From positions 384,001-448,000 of the forward strand of contig JAWLHJ010000001.1 in NCBI GenBank assembly GCA_041690395.1: 64,000 nucleotides of DNA, in the 5' to 3' direction. This stretch comes from Longimicrobiales bacterium (GTDB lineage: Bacteria > Gemmatimonadota > Gemmatimonadetes > Longimicrobiales > Gaopeijiaceae). Below the pieces are notes generated by a model, which ran no database searches, was not told the origin of the DNA, and worked only from the letters and a program-made list of their open reading frames with translations. A program made the position numbers and the translations under genes. Shown here one piece after another: positions 45,977 to 55,554 of this stretch (its first letter is position 1; every line of letters begins with the position of its first letter).

Positions 45977-47458
45977 TCAGCGCTTTCCCAACACGAAGGT
46001 CGCGAGGACCTCGGCGGCTTCGGTGCATGAGTCGGGCGCGCATGGCATGGAGACGGTGATGAGCTCGGATGCCGTACCCGATCCCATCCGCGCTCGCATC
46101 TCGAGTAGCTTGCTTCTCAGTCGGCTGGGTGTATCCTGGCCACCGACGTGGAACCACCACCATACGAGCACGGGCGTCGTGTCGGAGCGAACGATGGCCT
46201 GGCCGATTCTGCGTCCAGATGCATCGACTGGCCCGATCGTCCGAGCCGCCAGAACCTGAGGGTCGGGCGCGAGCCGATTCTGGTCGCTCACCAGCTCCTT
46301 GCCCTGCGTCTGCTCTTGGTACACCAGCCGAAGGACTTCAATGGTGTCGGCTCCATTATTCCATGCCTGGAAGAGTGCCTCGTCATACCCGCTATACCCT
46401 GGCAGCCAAGACGGTGTCTCCAAGTCAGTTCCGGACCACGCGGAGTCCGGCGATACTCCCGTGAGGGTCGCGCGTGCTGGGCGCGAGCTCGCCGTCGTCA
46501 GAATCAGGGCGTAGAGGATGGGGCCGAGACACGCGGCGACGGTCGCGATGCCGATGCGTCGGATCGCCTGACGCGGCGTGGATGCATGCGGCGGTTCTTG
46601 GGACTCGTGGTCTCTCTCGACGTCTGACCGGCCAAGGCGCTCCCCCAAGAGGAAGAGCGGTAGGAGCGCGACGGAGAAGACGATCCAACCAAAGACCGCG
46701 TGAGATTCCATCAGGCTCGATTGCATTTCGGTCCAATGCCCGATCATCACGAGAGTGGCCACCCGGACCCAATTCCCGACGATCGCCAACATGGCGGCGC
46801 CCACTACGATGGCGATCTTGTGTGAGGCACGGGAAAAGAAGAGGAGCGCGTAGACTGCGCTAATGGTCAGGCCCGCGAGCAGGTAGTTCACACCGGCACA
46901 GGATCCCGCCACCTCGAAGGTCCCGTGGGGGATGGTGATGAAGGTCTCGCGGATTACGGCTTCGAACCCCCAAAGGCTCAGGACTCCGCCAGAGGCCAGA
47001 ATCGTGAGGTGCTGTAGAGGGGTGGTCAGGGCGTCCCAGATTGGGATGGTGAGGACAAGAACACCCGCGATCGGCGCGGCTGCGTTGAGACCCGATGGGC
47101 CGGCGACGATCCCGGCCCAACCGAGCAAGACCCCCAGCATGGCAAGACGCTGCACCATCTGTACGTCCGCCAGACCCGCGAGCAGCCACACTAAGGAAAG
47201 CCCCGCGACGGGTAGCGCCCACCACGACTTCCCGTTCACAGCTGCTCCTTCGAAAAACTCGGGCCGCCCACGCCAGATGAGGACAATTGCGAGAGCAACA
47301 GCCACCAGCGCGTGCGTAAAGTAGTCCAGCCAGACCTCAAGCAAGCCCGCCCATGTCGGCCAGAAGGCAGCGACGAGGACGGCAAAAGCCGAGGAGACCA
47401 GGACGGAAGTGCTGGCTCCTGTCGGACCCAGGAATCGCGTTTCTCGGAGCCGGATCAC
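45977..47458 (-). CDS. xrtA: Exosortase (EpsH/XrtA-like) fused to an EpsI domain
   Basis: About 8 TM helices. Catalytic-type residues FEVAGSCAG (Cys), NWVRV (Arg), SHAVFGW (His). C-terminal EpsI-like YQEQTQGKELV...LVWWWFHVGG. Confidence 0.88.
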   Translation of the reverse strand: MIRLRETRFLGPTGASTSVLVSSAFAVLVAAFWPTWAGLLEVWLDYFTHALVAVALAIVLIWRGRPEFFEGAAVNGKSWWALPVAGLSLVWLLAGLADVQMVQRLAMLGVLLGWAGIVAGPSGLNAAAPIAGVLVLTIPIWDALTTPLQHLTILASGGVLSLWGFEAVIRETFITIPHGTFEVAGSCAGVNYLLAGLTISAVYALLFFSRASHKIAIVVGAAMLAIVGNWVRVATLVMIGHWTEMQSSLMESHAVFGWIVFSVALLPLFLLGERLGRSDVERDHESQEPPHASTPRQAIRRIGIATVAACLGPILYALILTTASSRPARATLTGVSPDSAWSGTDLETPSWLPGYSGYDEALFQAWNNGADTIEVLRLVYQEQTQGKELVSDQNRLAPDPQVLAARTIGPVDASGRRIGQAIVRSDTTPVLVWWWFHVGGQDTPSRLRSKLLEMRARMGSGTASELITVSMPCAPDSCTEAAEVLATFVLGKR

Positions 47459-47588
47459 CGGCTTGGTCGCACCGTGACGTGGCGAACTCGATTGCGTGTC
47501 ACATACATCGGCTGGAGTACACTCGCGGTGGTCAAGGAGATGGGGTTAAAGGTGGAACCCAACGGAAGAGGACGCAGGGAGCGTCCGG

Positions 47589-47605
47589 TGGCAAGATTCC
47601 TGCCA
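47589..47605. promoter_or_regulatory. Palindromic sigma54 box between the divergent exosortase and MBOAT genes
   Basis: Plus strand TGGCAAGATTCCTGCC and minus strand TGGCAGGAATCTTGCC both fit GG-N10-GC. Confidence 0.6.
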
Positions 47606-47849
47606 CGGACAGATGTATATCTACCGGCTCAGGCATCATACCCGGAATACCTGCTCCATACTGTCTGCTCCCCGTTCGCAATAGTGGACTTGTCCGTTTG
47701 GCGAGCCCTGGTCTAGCTTCGCTGCCGGCTGAAGAGCGCAGTTGGTACTCCATTTCTGGTTGCGGCATCCCGACCGGCGGGGCGCCTCGACAGGGGCAGG
47801 GCGCTAGATCATTCCGCGAACGACCTAACTCACAGAACCCCAACGGCAA

Positions 47850-49265
47850 ATGCTCTTCAACAGCTTCCAGTTCTGGCTGTTCTTCTTCGCGGTCTTGGCC
47901 ATCTACTACGTGCTTCCGCACCGTGGCCAAAACCGACTCTTGCTGGTGGCGAGCTATCTGTTCTACGGGGCCTGGGATTGGCGGTTCCTGAGCCTGATCG
48001 CCTTTTCGACGGTCGTCGACTTCATTGTGGCTCGCCGGCTAGAAGCTTCCGGCTCGACTGAGGGTTTGAGGAAGCGCCTGGTTTCCTTGTCGGTCGTGGT
48101 CAACCTCGGCTTGCTCGGCATCTTCAAGTACTTCGGCTTCTTCGTCACGAGCGCCGCCGATCTCCTTACTGCGCTCGGGTTCAACCCGAACCTTCCATCG
48201 CTCGGGATCATCCTGCCGGTTGGCATCTCGTTCTACACGTTCCAGACGATGTCCTACACCCTGGACGTGTATCGGAAGGAGATGAAGCCGGCTGACGACT
48301 TTCTCGACTTCGCCCTGTACGTGAGCTTCTTTCCCCAGCTCGTGGCTGGGCCGATCGAGCGCGGCCAGCGGCTGCTCCCTCAGGTCACGACTCCTCGACG
48401 CGTGGCTTGGGAAGATTTCAAGATCGGACTGTACTGTATCCTGTTCGGTCTCTTCAAGAAGGTCGTCGTCGCAGACAACATGGCTCTGGTGGCCAACCGT
48501 GTGTTCTCGGCAGATCCTACAACTCTGAGCGCCACCGAGGTACTGCTGGGCGTCTATGCCTTCGCCTTCCAGATATACGGCGACTTCCATGGTTACAGCT
48601 TGATCGCACAGGGTACCGCGCGCTGGATGGGATTCTCGCTCATGGACAACTTCCGCCAGCCCTACTTCGCGGAGTCGCCCCAAGACTTCTGGCGCAGATG
48701 GCATATCAGCCTTTCCACCTGGCTAAGGGATTACCTGTACATCCCCCTGGGCGGAAGCCGGGGTACCTCCAAGCAGACCTACCGCAACCTCATGACCACC
48801 ATGGTCCTCGGTGGTCTCTGGCACGGCGCCAATTGGACGTTCGTCGTTTGGGGAACGGTCCACGGCACCTGGCTCGCAATCCATAGGTGGCTTTCGGCCC
48901 GATTCCCGCCCGCGCCCGCTCGCCCATGGCCAACGAGAGCGATTCGGATGTTCGTGACTTTTCAAATCGTCTGCGTGACGTGGCTCTTCTTTCGGGCGGA
49001 GTCCGTGACGCAGGCGATGATCTTTCTGTCGACGCTCTCAGGGCCTTACGTGTGGACCGATCTGGCCGTGATCGGGTTCTCACTACTCACATTCTTCGTA
49101 GTCCCGATGCTGATCTACGAGATCTGGGTCGAGTACAAGAACGACCTGTTCGCGTTGCTGACCGTGGCCTGGCCCGTCCGAGCCGCGTTCTATGCGGCGA
49201 TCGTCTTCTACCTGTTGTGGTTCCCTGCGCCTGTTCCGAGCGAGTTCATCTATTTCCAGTTCTGA
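47850..49265 (+). CDS. MBOAT O-acyltransferase (AlgI/PatA/DltB family) with fused C-terminal acyl-shuttle motif
   Basis: MLFNS, LPVGISFYTFQ, FFPQLVAGPIER, FWRRWHISLSTWLRDYLYIPLGG, GLWHGA (catalytic His). The protein ends FIYFQF*. Confidence 0.93.
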   Translation: MLFNSFQFWLFFFAVLAIYYVLPHRGQNRLLLVASYLFYGAWDWRFLSLIAFSTVVDFIVARRLEASGSTEGLRKRLVSLSVVVNLGLLGIFKYFGFFVTSAADLLTALGFNPNLPSLGIILPVGISFYTFQTMSYTLDVYRKEMKPADDFLDFALYVSFFPQLVAGPIERGQRLLPQVTTPRRVAWEDFKIGLYCILFGLFKKVVVADNMALVANRVFSADPTTLSATEVLLGVYAFAFQIYGDFHGYSLIAQGTARWMGFSLMDNFRQPYFAESPQDFWRRWHISLSTWLRDYLYIPLGGSRGTSKQTYRNLMTTMVLGGLWHGANWTFVVWGTVHGTWLAIHRWLSARFPPAPARPWPTRAIRMFVTFQIVCVTWLFFRAESVTQAMIFLSTLSGPYVWTDLAVIGFSLLTFFVVPMLIYEIWVEYKNDLFALLTVAWPVRAAFYAAIVFYLLWFPAPVPSEFIYFQF

Positions 49266-49278
49266 GCGTAGAATTCGT

Positions 49279-50211
49279 ATGAAGCTGAACTCCGAGCTGC
49301 TGGTCGTTCTCTCGGTTCTCGTTCTGATATTCTTGGTGGAGGCAGGGCTCCGTCAGAATCAATCGCTTCTATCGGGGGATGTCGCCCACCTGGAGACCGT
49401 CGACAGCATAGCGGCGGCCGTGGGGCGGGGAGACGGGATCACGGTGCTGTTCTGGGGCAATTCGTTGATTGGTGCGGGCCTGGACCTTCCGGCGACGACT
49501 CGGGCCCTAGGCAACACCCTTGACTCGGAGGTCTCCACGGGCATCGTCCGTCCAGACGGGACGACGCCTTTGGAGTGGCGGTACCTGTTCCGCAAGACGG
49601 TGGTTGCCCAGGAATCCCGGCCCGACGTGCTGGTTCTCGGATTCGGCCCCGGGCACCTGCGCGACCGCCAGGCCGGTGTCGCGCTTTCGCGCCTTGCAGC
49701 CCACCACGTCCGTTCGGCTGACATACCGATCCTGTTTGCGGAGGAGCTGGCCACATTCGAGTCGAGGGCCCGGTTCATGGCGGCTCGATGGCTGGCGATC
49801 GTCGCGCTGGGAGAGCGGATCCGGCCCAGGATCATGGACCTGGTCGTCCCTCGTTACACCGAGCTGGCTCCGATCCTCCTACGGGCACCAACGCCGAAAG
49901 AAGCGTTGGAGACCGCCCGGCCTTCCCCGGAGTACCGCAACCTCGCGGCAATGCTCAGCGACGCTCAGACGGCCGGGATTCGGGTCGTTGCCATTCCCAT
50001 GCCAGCTCCGAACTATTGGTCCCTGGATCCGGAGGAGCGGACGATCCTGCTGGAAGCCGGCGCGGAAATTCTGGATGTGCGGACCCACCTGATTCTATCT
50101 CCCGAGCGGTTTCCGGATGGGGAGCATCTGGATTCAATCGGGCGCCAGATCTTCACCGCAGCCCTCGTTGAGGAGCTGCCTCTCGTCCTCAACCGCTTGG
50201 CGGTGCGATAA
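49279..50211 (+). CDS. Periplasmic SGNH-like (DltD/AlgJ-like) acyltransferase partner of the MBOAT
   Basis: N-terminal TM anchor, WGNS block I and C-terminal FPDGEHL (DxxH). Directly downstream of the MBOAT. Confidence 0.7.
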   Translation: MKLNSELLVVLSVLVLIFLVEAGLRQNQSLLSGDVAHLETVDSIAAAVGRGDGITVLFWGNSLIGAGLDLPATTRALGNTLDSEVSTGIVRPDGTTPLEWRYLFRKTVVAQESRPDVLVLGFGPGHLRDRQAGVALSRLAAHHVRSADIPILFAEELATFESRARFMAARWLAIVALGERIRPRIMDLVVPRYTELAPILLRAPTPKEALETARPSPEYRNLAAMLSDAQTAGIRVVAIPMPAPNYWSLDPEERTILLEAGAEILDVRTHLILSPERFPDGEHLDSIGRQIFTAALVEELPLVLNRLAVR

Positions 50212-50355
50212 CCGGTCGCGCTCTTGGATACACCGGACTCAAGAGGTGCCGGGGTTCGTAAGCGCTTGTTTTGCCGCATACCCCCTTCCTAGGTTGCTGC
50301 GCTCCCAGCAGGGAGCGATCGAATCCCGGCTCCTCCCTTCTCTCGGTTCGAAACT

Positions 50356-51474
50356 ATGTCGAAATCGGAACAGCATCGCACGGTCATGCTGGTCGCCGGC
50401 GCGCGTCCGAACTTCATGAAGATCGCCCCTGTGCTGAAGGCTCTGGACAAGGCGGGGCACCGAACCATTCTGGTTCATACGGGTCAGCATTACGACGACC
50501 GGATGTCCGACTCTTTCTTCCGGGATCTCGACATCCGAGCCCCCGACCATCATCTGAACGTGGGCTCGGGTAGCCATGCCGCCCAGACTGCAAGGATCAT
50601 GGAGGCGTTCGAGCCGGTCCTGCTCGAGGCTCGCCCTGATTGGGTCCTCGTGCCCGGCGATGTCAACTCGACGGTGGCGTGTGCCCTGGTCACCGTGAAG
50701 CTGAAGGAAGAAACAGGTGCCCGGCTCGCTCATCTGGAAGCGGGGCTCAGAAGCTACGACTGGCGCATGCCGGAGGAAGTGAATCGTGTTCTTACGGACC
50801 GGTGTTCGGATCTGCTTCTGATTCCGAGCCGTGACGCAACCGAGAACCTGAGGCTCGAGGGGATCGACGAGAGGCGGGTCGCATTCATCGGCAATGTGAT
50901 GATCGACACGCTACTTGGGAGACTTCCCGCCGCCCGTGAGATCGCGCTCGCCGACGAGATGGGGCTGGATGCGGGGGGGTTCGTAGTGGCGACACTCCAT
51001 CGTCCGTCGAACGTGGACGAGCGGGAACAGCTCGAGGCTTGTCTGCGTGGATTGATGTCCGTGGCCGAAAACGTGCCTGTCGTGCTACCCCTGCATCCGC
51101 GAACCCGAAAACAGATCGAACGCTTCGGCCTCGAAGGGCTCCTCGAGGTACTGCGCGTCACGGAGCCATTGAGCTACCTGCAGATGCTTTCTCTCGTCGA
51201 TGCCTCACAGGCGGTCTTGACTGATTCGGGCGGTGTTCAGGAGGAGACAACCGCTCTCGGTGTCCCCTGTGTGACCTTGAGAGAGCAAACGGAGCGTCCC
51301 ATCACCATCGAAGAAGGCACGAACCGCCTTGCACCCTGGCCCCTGACCGTGGATGGTATCCGAGGCGCCTACGAGGAGGCCGCCGGCGAAGGACGGGTTG
51401 GCGTCGGAGAGCGATCACCCGAAGGATGGGATGGACGGGCGGCCGAGCGCACGGTTGATGCATTGATGCGTTGA
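50356..51474 (+). CDS. wecB: UDP-N-acetylglucosamine 2-epimerase (non-hydrolysing)
   Basis: GARPNFMK, HTGQHYD, GDVNST, HLEAGLRS, MPEEVNR, TLHRPSNVD, TDSGGVQEE, TERP. Confidence 0.93.
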   Translation: MSKSEQHRTVMLVAGARPNFMKIAPVLKALDKAGHRTILVHTGQHYDDRMSDSFFRDLDIRAPDHHLNVGSGSHAAQTARIMEAFEPVLLEARPDWVLVPGDVNSTVACALVTVKLKEETGARLAHLEAGLRSYDWRMPEEVNRVLTDRCSDLLLIPSRDATENLRLEGIDERRVAFIGNVMIDTLLGRLPAAREIALADEMGLDAGGFVVATLHRPSNVDEREQLEACLRGLMSVAENVPVVLPLHPRTRKQIERFGLEGLLEVLRVTEPLSYLQMLSLVDASQAVLTDSGGVQEETTALGVPCVTLREQTERPITIEEGTNRLAPWPLTVDGIRGAYEEAAGEGRVGVGERSPEGWDGRAAERTVDALMR

Positions 51475-51501
51475 GACGCGAGGTGGAAGCCGTCGTGCTG
51501 C

Positions 51502-52785
51502 TCAGGGCGCCGACCCTACCGCGGGTGAAGCGGCCCCCTGGTCGAGAACCTCCAGGAGCGCCTCGGCCTGCTGCCGGCCGATGATCTCGCTGGCGACAGG
51601 CTCGATGTGGTAGTCGAAATCATTGTAAAGACGCGGCGAGCCCTCGTAGCGTCGAAGCGGAGTCAGGTTGTCCACGAAGATCCATCCCGCCGCGTCGGCC
51701 TGGTCCCGCAGAGCCCAGTAGAGACCCTCCTCGGTTTGAACCGCCTCCTGCGTGGTGATCGGCAGCCGAGCCATGACTTGGACCAAGGTCGAGTCCGGGT
51801 CGGTCATTTCCACGATCTGGTAGGAGGGGATAGGACTCAGCACCAGCGTGAGATTCGGGTTCTCCGCGCGGATCAGATCCAGGACCGCTCGGGTCCGGCG
51901 AAGGCTCTCTTGGCGAGAACCGGGAAAGTGGTGAAAGAAGAGCTGTTGGTTGAGCATTTGGGCCGAGTACGCGGCGGAGTAGCCGAGGGTGCTCGAGCTG
52001 GCACGCCGCAAGTCGTTCACGTAGGCCAGGACGGACCCGAAGCCCTGCTCCTGTTCGCGTGCAGCGTCCCGGAGGAATCGGAGCCGAAGCAGAATGCCGC
52101 TGACACCGATCGCTTCCCCCGCGGCTCGAACGGCATATAGAATCCTGCTCCGGTTCTCCTCTCCCGGCGCGTCATAGAGATACCAGACCGGATCAGCGAT
52201 CCGGTAGCCGCCGTTCGAGCGGACGAGATAAGGCCGGTCGTCAACGCGTAACAGGTCGTAGAAGTCATTCCCTGTGTAGAGGTTCAGGATCAGAACATCG
52301 GCTTCGTACTCGTCCAACCTCGGCTTGATCGCCAGGTACGCCTGCAGGGGGGAGTACCGTCCCGCCCCGTAGGCATAGGTTGCGGAAGGGGTCCCGGCCG
52401 AATTCAAGGCTGTCTCGGTGAAGCCGAAGTGGGTCCGATCGTTCGGGGCGCAGAGGTCCGTGTGTGAGTCCCCGGTTACTGCAACCTCGAGTCTCTCTCC
52501 AGGGCCCTTCAGGAGGGCAGCCGAGTGCGACGTCCGAAGCCCGTCTTCGTTCCGGGCGTACCGGTAGATCTGTCCGCTCGCAAATTCCGTGCAGACGTCT
52601 TCTCGTTGTTCACCGGTGCGCGGGGCTGCGACCCACCCTATGCCGGCCACGCCGTGGTTCGACGGCGGGGGAAACAGGCCAGTCATGATCAGGGCCAGGT
52701 CCATGACCCCCAGGGTGACTCCTATGATCAAGAGGTAGAGTCCAGACTGCTTGAGAATGGATCTGACTCTGTGCGAGCTCTTCAA
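51502..52785 (-). CDS. SGNH/AlgX-like membrane-anchored acyltransferase or esterase
   Basis: TM anchor, VTGDSHT, YTGNDF, DFDYH. Start set at TTG 52785 after AGGAG. Confidence 0.75.
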   Translation of the reverse strand: MKSSHRVRSILKQSGLYLLIIGVTLGVMDLALIMTGLFPPPSNHGVAGIGWVAAPRTGEQREDVCTEFASGQIYRYARNEDGLRTSHSAALLKGPGERLEVAVTGDSHTDLCAPNDRTHFGFTETALNSAGTPSATYAYGAGRYSPLQAYLAIKPRLDEYEADVLILNLYTGNDFYDLLRVDDRPYLVRSNGGYRIADPVWYLYDAPGEENRSRILYAVRAAGEAIGVSGILLRLRFLRDAAREQEQGFGSVLAYVNDLRRASSSTLGYSAAYSAQMLNQQLFFHHFPGSRQESLRRTRAVLDLIRAENPNLTLVLSPIPSYQIVEMTDPDSTLVQVMARLPITTQEAVQTEEGLYWALRDQADAAGWIFVDNLTPLRRYEGSPRLYNDFDYHIEPVASEIIGRQQAEALLEVLDQGAASPAVGSAP

Positions 52786-52888
52786 GAACGATCTCCTGTC
52801 GCTTTGGCTGGCCGGGGAAAGTCCTATGAACCTATCATCGACCCATCCAGACTCCTCGAGCATGGAGCGCGGGAAGGGGCCTCCGGCG

Positions 52889-52904
52889 TGGCCTCTACTT
52901 TGCA
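52889..52904 (+). promoter_or_regulatory. Putative sigma54 promoter for the ligase-SGNH-acyltransferase-GT operon
   Basis: TGGCCTCTACTTTGCA (TGGC-N7-TTGCA), intergenic. Confidence 0.55.
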
Positions 52905-53083
52905 CTGCAGGCCGCCAGCACCTGGATCCGACGCGCCGTCCGGAGGTAGTCGCCAATGCCAGAATCCACATATCTTACCCTGTCGGGATGCTACTTGGGA
53001 TCCCTGGCCTTTCCCTTGGCCGCCGAAGATTCTCGTCTGGTCCTCGCCGAGTTCCGGCACCATGGTCGGCAACCGAGCGCTTG

Positions 53084-54430
53084 ATGCCCTCACTTTCTAG
53101 TCGTATGCGTGGCCCTCAAACCATCACACGCGGGCGCTCGAGCGCGCCGGCCGGGCGCTCGCACTCGAAGCGGATGGGCCCGATCGAGGGCGCGCTGATC
53201 CTGCTGCTCATCTGGATGTTCTTCGAGTTGGTACGACCGCCCCAGGCGTTCCGCCTGCCGATCCTGATATCGCTCGTCTCCGTCTTCCTATGGATGCAGC
53301 GCGGCCAGAAGCAACTCGGCCGAGCGGGGACATGGTGGTTCGTCCTGCTGGCGGACATGGCGATAATGATTCCCTTCGCCGCCAACAACTTCTCCGTCTA
53401 TTTCCAGACCCGCCTGATGGCCGTGCTGTTCCTGACGCACTGCCTTCCACTTCAGTCAGTGCTGCGACGTCCACGACACGTACGCATGTGGGTCGTTACT
53501 TTCCTGGGGATCGCCACCTACATAGGTATATGGGCCGTCTTCCACGGCGGATATGGGCCCGCAGGAGCCGCTGGCGCGCAGGACGAGAACTATGTAGCCG
53601 CGCTCATGACCATGGCACTGCCGTTCGCGTATTTTCTCCTCCTGACCCAAGAGCGGTGGATCCCACGGCTCCTGCTTTTGTCGTGTATTCTCGTGTTCAT
53701 CGCGGCTATTGCACTCGCCGCGAATCCCTCGCGAGGGGGGTTCCTCGCATTGTGCACGGTGGGGGCCTATGTAATCTTCCGCTCCCCGCGCCGAGGGCTG
53801 GCCGTCGGCGTCCTATCCTTGGCTGCGCTGGCACTCGCTCTGATCGCCGGTCCCTCCTTTTGGGCCGAGATCCAGAACACGACGGACGTAAGCACCGACA
53901 GCACGGGTGGGCTCAGGCTCCGAGCATGGACCGCTGGTCTAAATATGTGGTTCCATCACCCGATCTTCGGTGTGGGGGCAGGCAATTTCCCCTGGCAGCT
54001 GGGCGCCTTCGAGTCCGCTGGCTCGGTGCAAGAACTCGGGCGCTCCTTGGGAGGGATGGCTGCTCACTCCATGTGGGTAGAACTGCTCGCCGATCTCGGA
54101 TTGGTTGGAGTCGTCAGCTTTCTCGCGCTCCTCTGGAGTGCCTGGTCGGGCGCCGAGAGGGTCATCCGGAAGGCAGGGCGACTCGCGCGCTGGAGTAGTG
54201 TCCGGTCGGACCTCCTTCAACTCCGTGCGGTCGCATTTGCGGTCCAGGGGGCCATTCTCGCAGCATCAGTCAGCGGAATATTTCTGTCGATACTCTATTA
54301 CGCTCACATCTGGATCCTTTTCGCTGTGGGAAACGCCCTTCCCTTCGTGCTCGCCAGGATTGAGCGGGCCGAGGCTCCGCCGATGGCTGACATCCTAGCT
54401 TCGCCATCTGCTGTCAGGAGGCATCCCTGA
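53084..54430 (+). CDS. O-antigen ligase/Wzy_C family protein (exosortase-associated O-glycosylation ligase-like)
   Basis: About 11 TM helices. DENYVAALM, SRGGFLAL, RLRAW, HPIFGVGAGNF, AAHSMWVELLADLG. Start uncertain (53084, 53105 or 53174). Confidence 0.82.
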   Translation: MPSLSSRMRGPQTITRGRSSAPAGRSHSKRMGPIEGALILLLIWMFFELVRPPQAFRLPILISLVSVFLWMQRGQKQLGRAGTWWFVLLADMAIMIPFAANNFSVYFQTRLMAVLFLTHCLPLQSVLRRPRHVRMWVVTFLGIATYIGIWAVFHGGYGPAGAAGAQDENYVAALMTMALPFAYFLLLTQERWIPRLLLLSCILVFIAAIALAANPSRGGFLALCTVGAYVIFRSPRRGLAVGVLSLAALALALIAGPSFWAEIQNTTDVSTDSTGGLRLRAWTAGLNMWFHHPIFGVGAGNFPWQLGAFESAGSVQELGRSLGGMAAHSMWVELLADLGLVGVVSFLALLWSAWSGAERVIRKAGRLARWSSVRSDLLQLRAVAFAVQGAILAASVSGIFLSILYYAHIWILFAVGNALPFVLARIERAEAPPMADILASPSAVRRHP

Positions 54431-55554
54431 TGCGCTGGAGAACCTGGGTAGGCAATGGTCTGCTGGTTGTGTTGGGGACCGTCATCGCCTTGGCGCTGGC
54501 TGAAGTCGCGGTCCGAACTCTGGCACCGCGTGGAACCTCGATTGCATACTCGGACAGGTATGGGCTGGCGCTCCTCTATCCCGACATCACCCGATATCGA
54601 CCCAGGTTCGATCGCGTGGTGTCCACCAACGATGCGGGAATGAGAGACCGGGACCATGATCGAACCAAGCCAGAGGGCACATTTCGGGTCATGGTGCTCG
54701 GAGACTCCTTCATGGAGGCTCAGCAGGTTGCGTTCGAAGCGTCGATGCCAGCCCTCCTGGAATCGGAATTAGGGGGGCGTACCCCGCAATCAGTAGAGGT
54801 CATCAATGCCGGGGTGAGTGGCTGGGGCACGGATGATCAGCTACGGTATCTCACGGAGTACGGGCTCGCCTATGAGCCTGATCTGATCGTCGTTGCCATG
54901 ACCTTGCACAACGATGTGAGCGACAATCTCCGGCAGTACTGGCATACGCTCAGGGATGGCGAACTGGTCGCTCAGGATCGGGATCCGATCCCATGGCTCA
55001 CGTACAAGAGCCTCCAACTCAAGGCGTTTCTCGCCGTGAACTTCGAGCTCGTACAGGTTGTGCGTGAAGCGCGGCATCTGCGCACCATGCGGGCGGTCGG
55101 ACAGGCTCTCGAATCCCATGTGCATCGATTGTTCAGGGATCCTGCCCCTCAGGAGATCGAGTTCGGCTGGGATCTGACCGAGCAGCTCTTCGGGCGCATG
55201 CAGTCGGTGGCGGCCGACCACGGCGCAAGGGTTGCCGTAGTGCTGTTGCCGATACGTCATCAGCTCTCTGAAGAGATGTTCGACGATGTGATCGGGTCGG
55301 GTCGCACCAGCGACGGATGGGAGCTGGATCGTGAGCGCCCTCAGCGGATCATGCGAGACATCGCCGAGGAGTTGTCCCTTCCCTTGATCGACCTTACCCC
55401 CGGCTTCCGGTCCTGGGTCGCCACCCGGGATGAGCCGTTGTATATCGAATGGGACGGGCACTGGAATGAAGCCGGGCACAGGCTAGCCGCGCAGATCGTC
55501 ACCAGCCGGCTTCAGGAGCTCGACGTGGTTGACGCGCGTCCCCCGAGCCGCTGA
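54430..55554 (+). CDS. SGNH/GDSL (AlgX/AlgJ-like) protein
   Basis: TM anchor, NDAGMRD, VLGDSF, INAGVSGWGT, HND, DGHWN. Confidence 0.82.
   Translation: MRWRTWVGNGLLVVLGTVIALALAEVAVRTLAPRGTSIAYSDRYGLALLYPDITRYRPRFDRVVSTNDAGMRDRDHDRTKPEGTFRVMVLGDSFMEAQQVAFEASMPALLESELGGRTPQSVEVINAGVSGWGTDDQLRYLTEYGLAYEPDLIVVAMTLHNDVSDNLRQYWHTLRDGELVAQDRDPIPWLTYKSLQLKAFLAVNFELVQVVREARHLRTMRAVGQALESHVHRLFRDPAPQEIEFGWDLTEQLFGRMQSVAADHGARVAVVLLPIRHQLSEEMFDDVIGSGRTSDGWELDRERPQRIMRDIAEELSLPLIDLTPGFRSWVATRDEPLYIEWDGHWNEAGHRLAAQIVTSRLQELDVVDARPPSR

Noticed and set aside
47459..47849. ncRNA or small ORF in the exosortase-MBOAT intergenic region
   Set aside because: No recognisable RNA family or convincing RBS-ORF. The region is explained as a divergent promoter region.
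52751..53083. Overlapping long N-termini of the divergent SGNH and ligase ORFs
   Set aside because: Low-information translations. Better starts exist downstream, and the region contains a promoter-like box.
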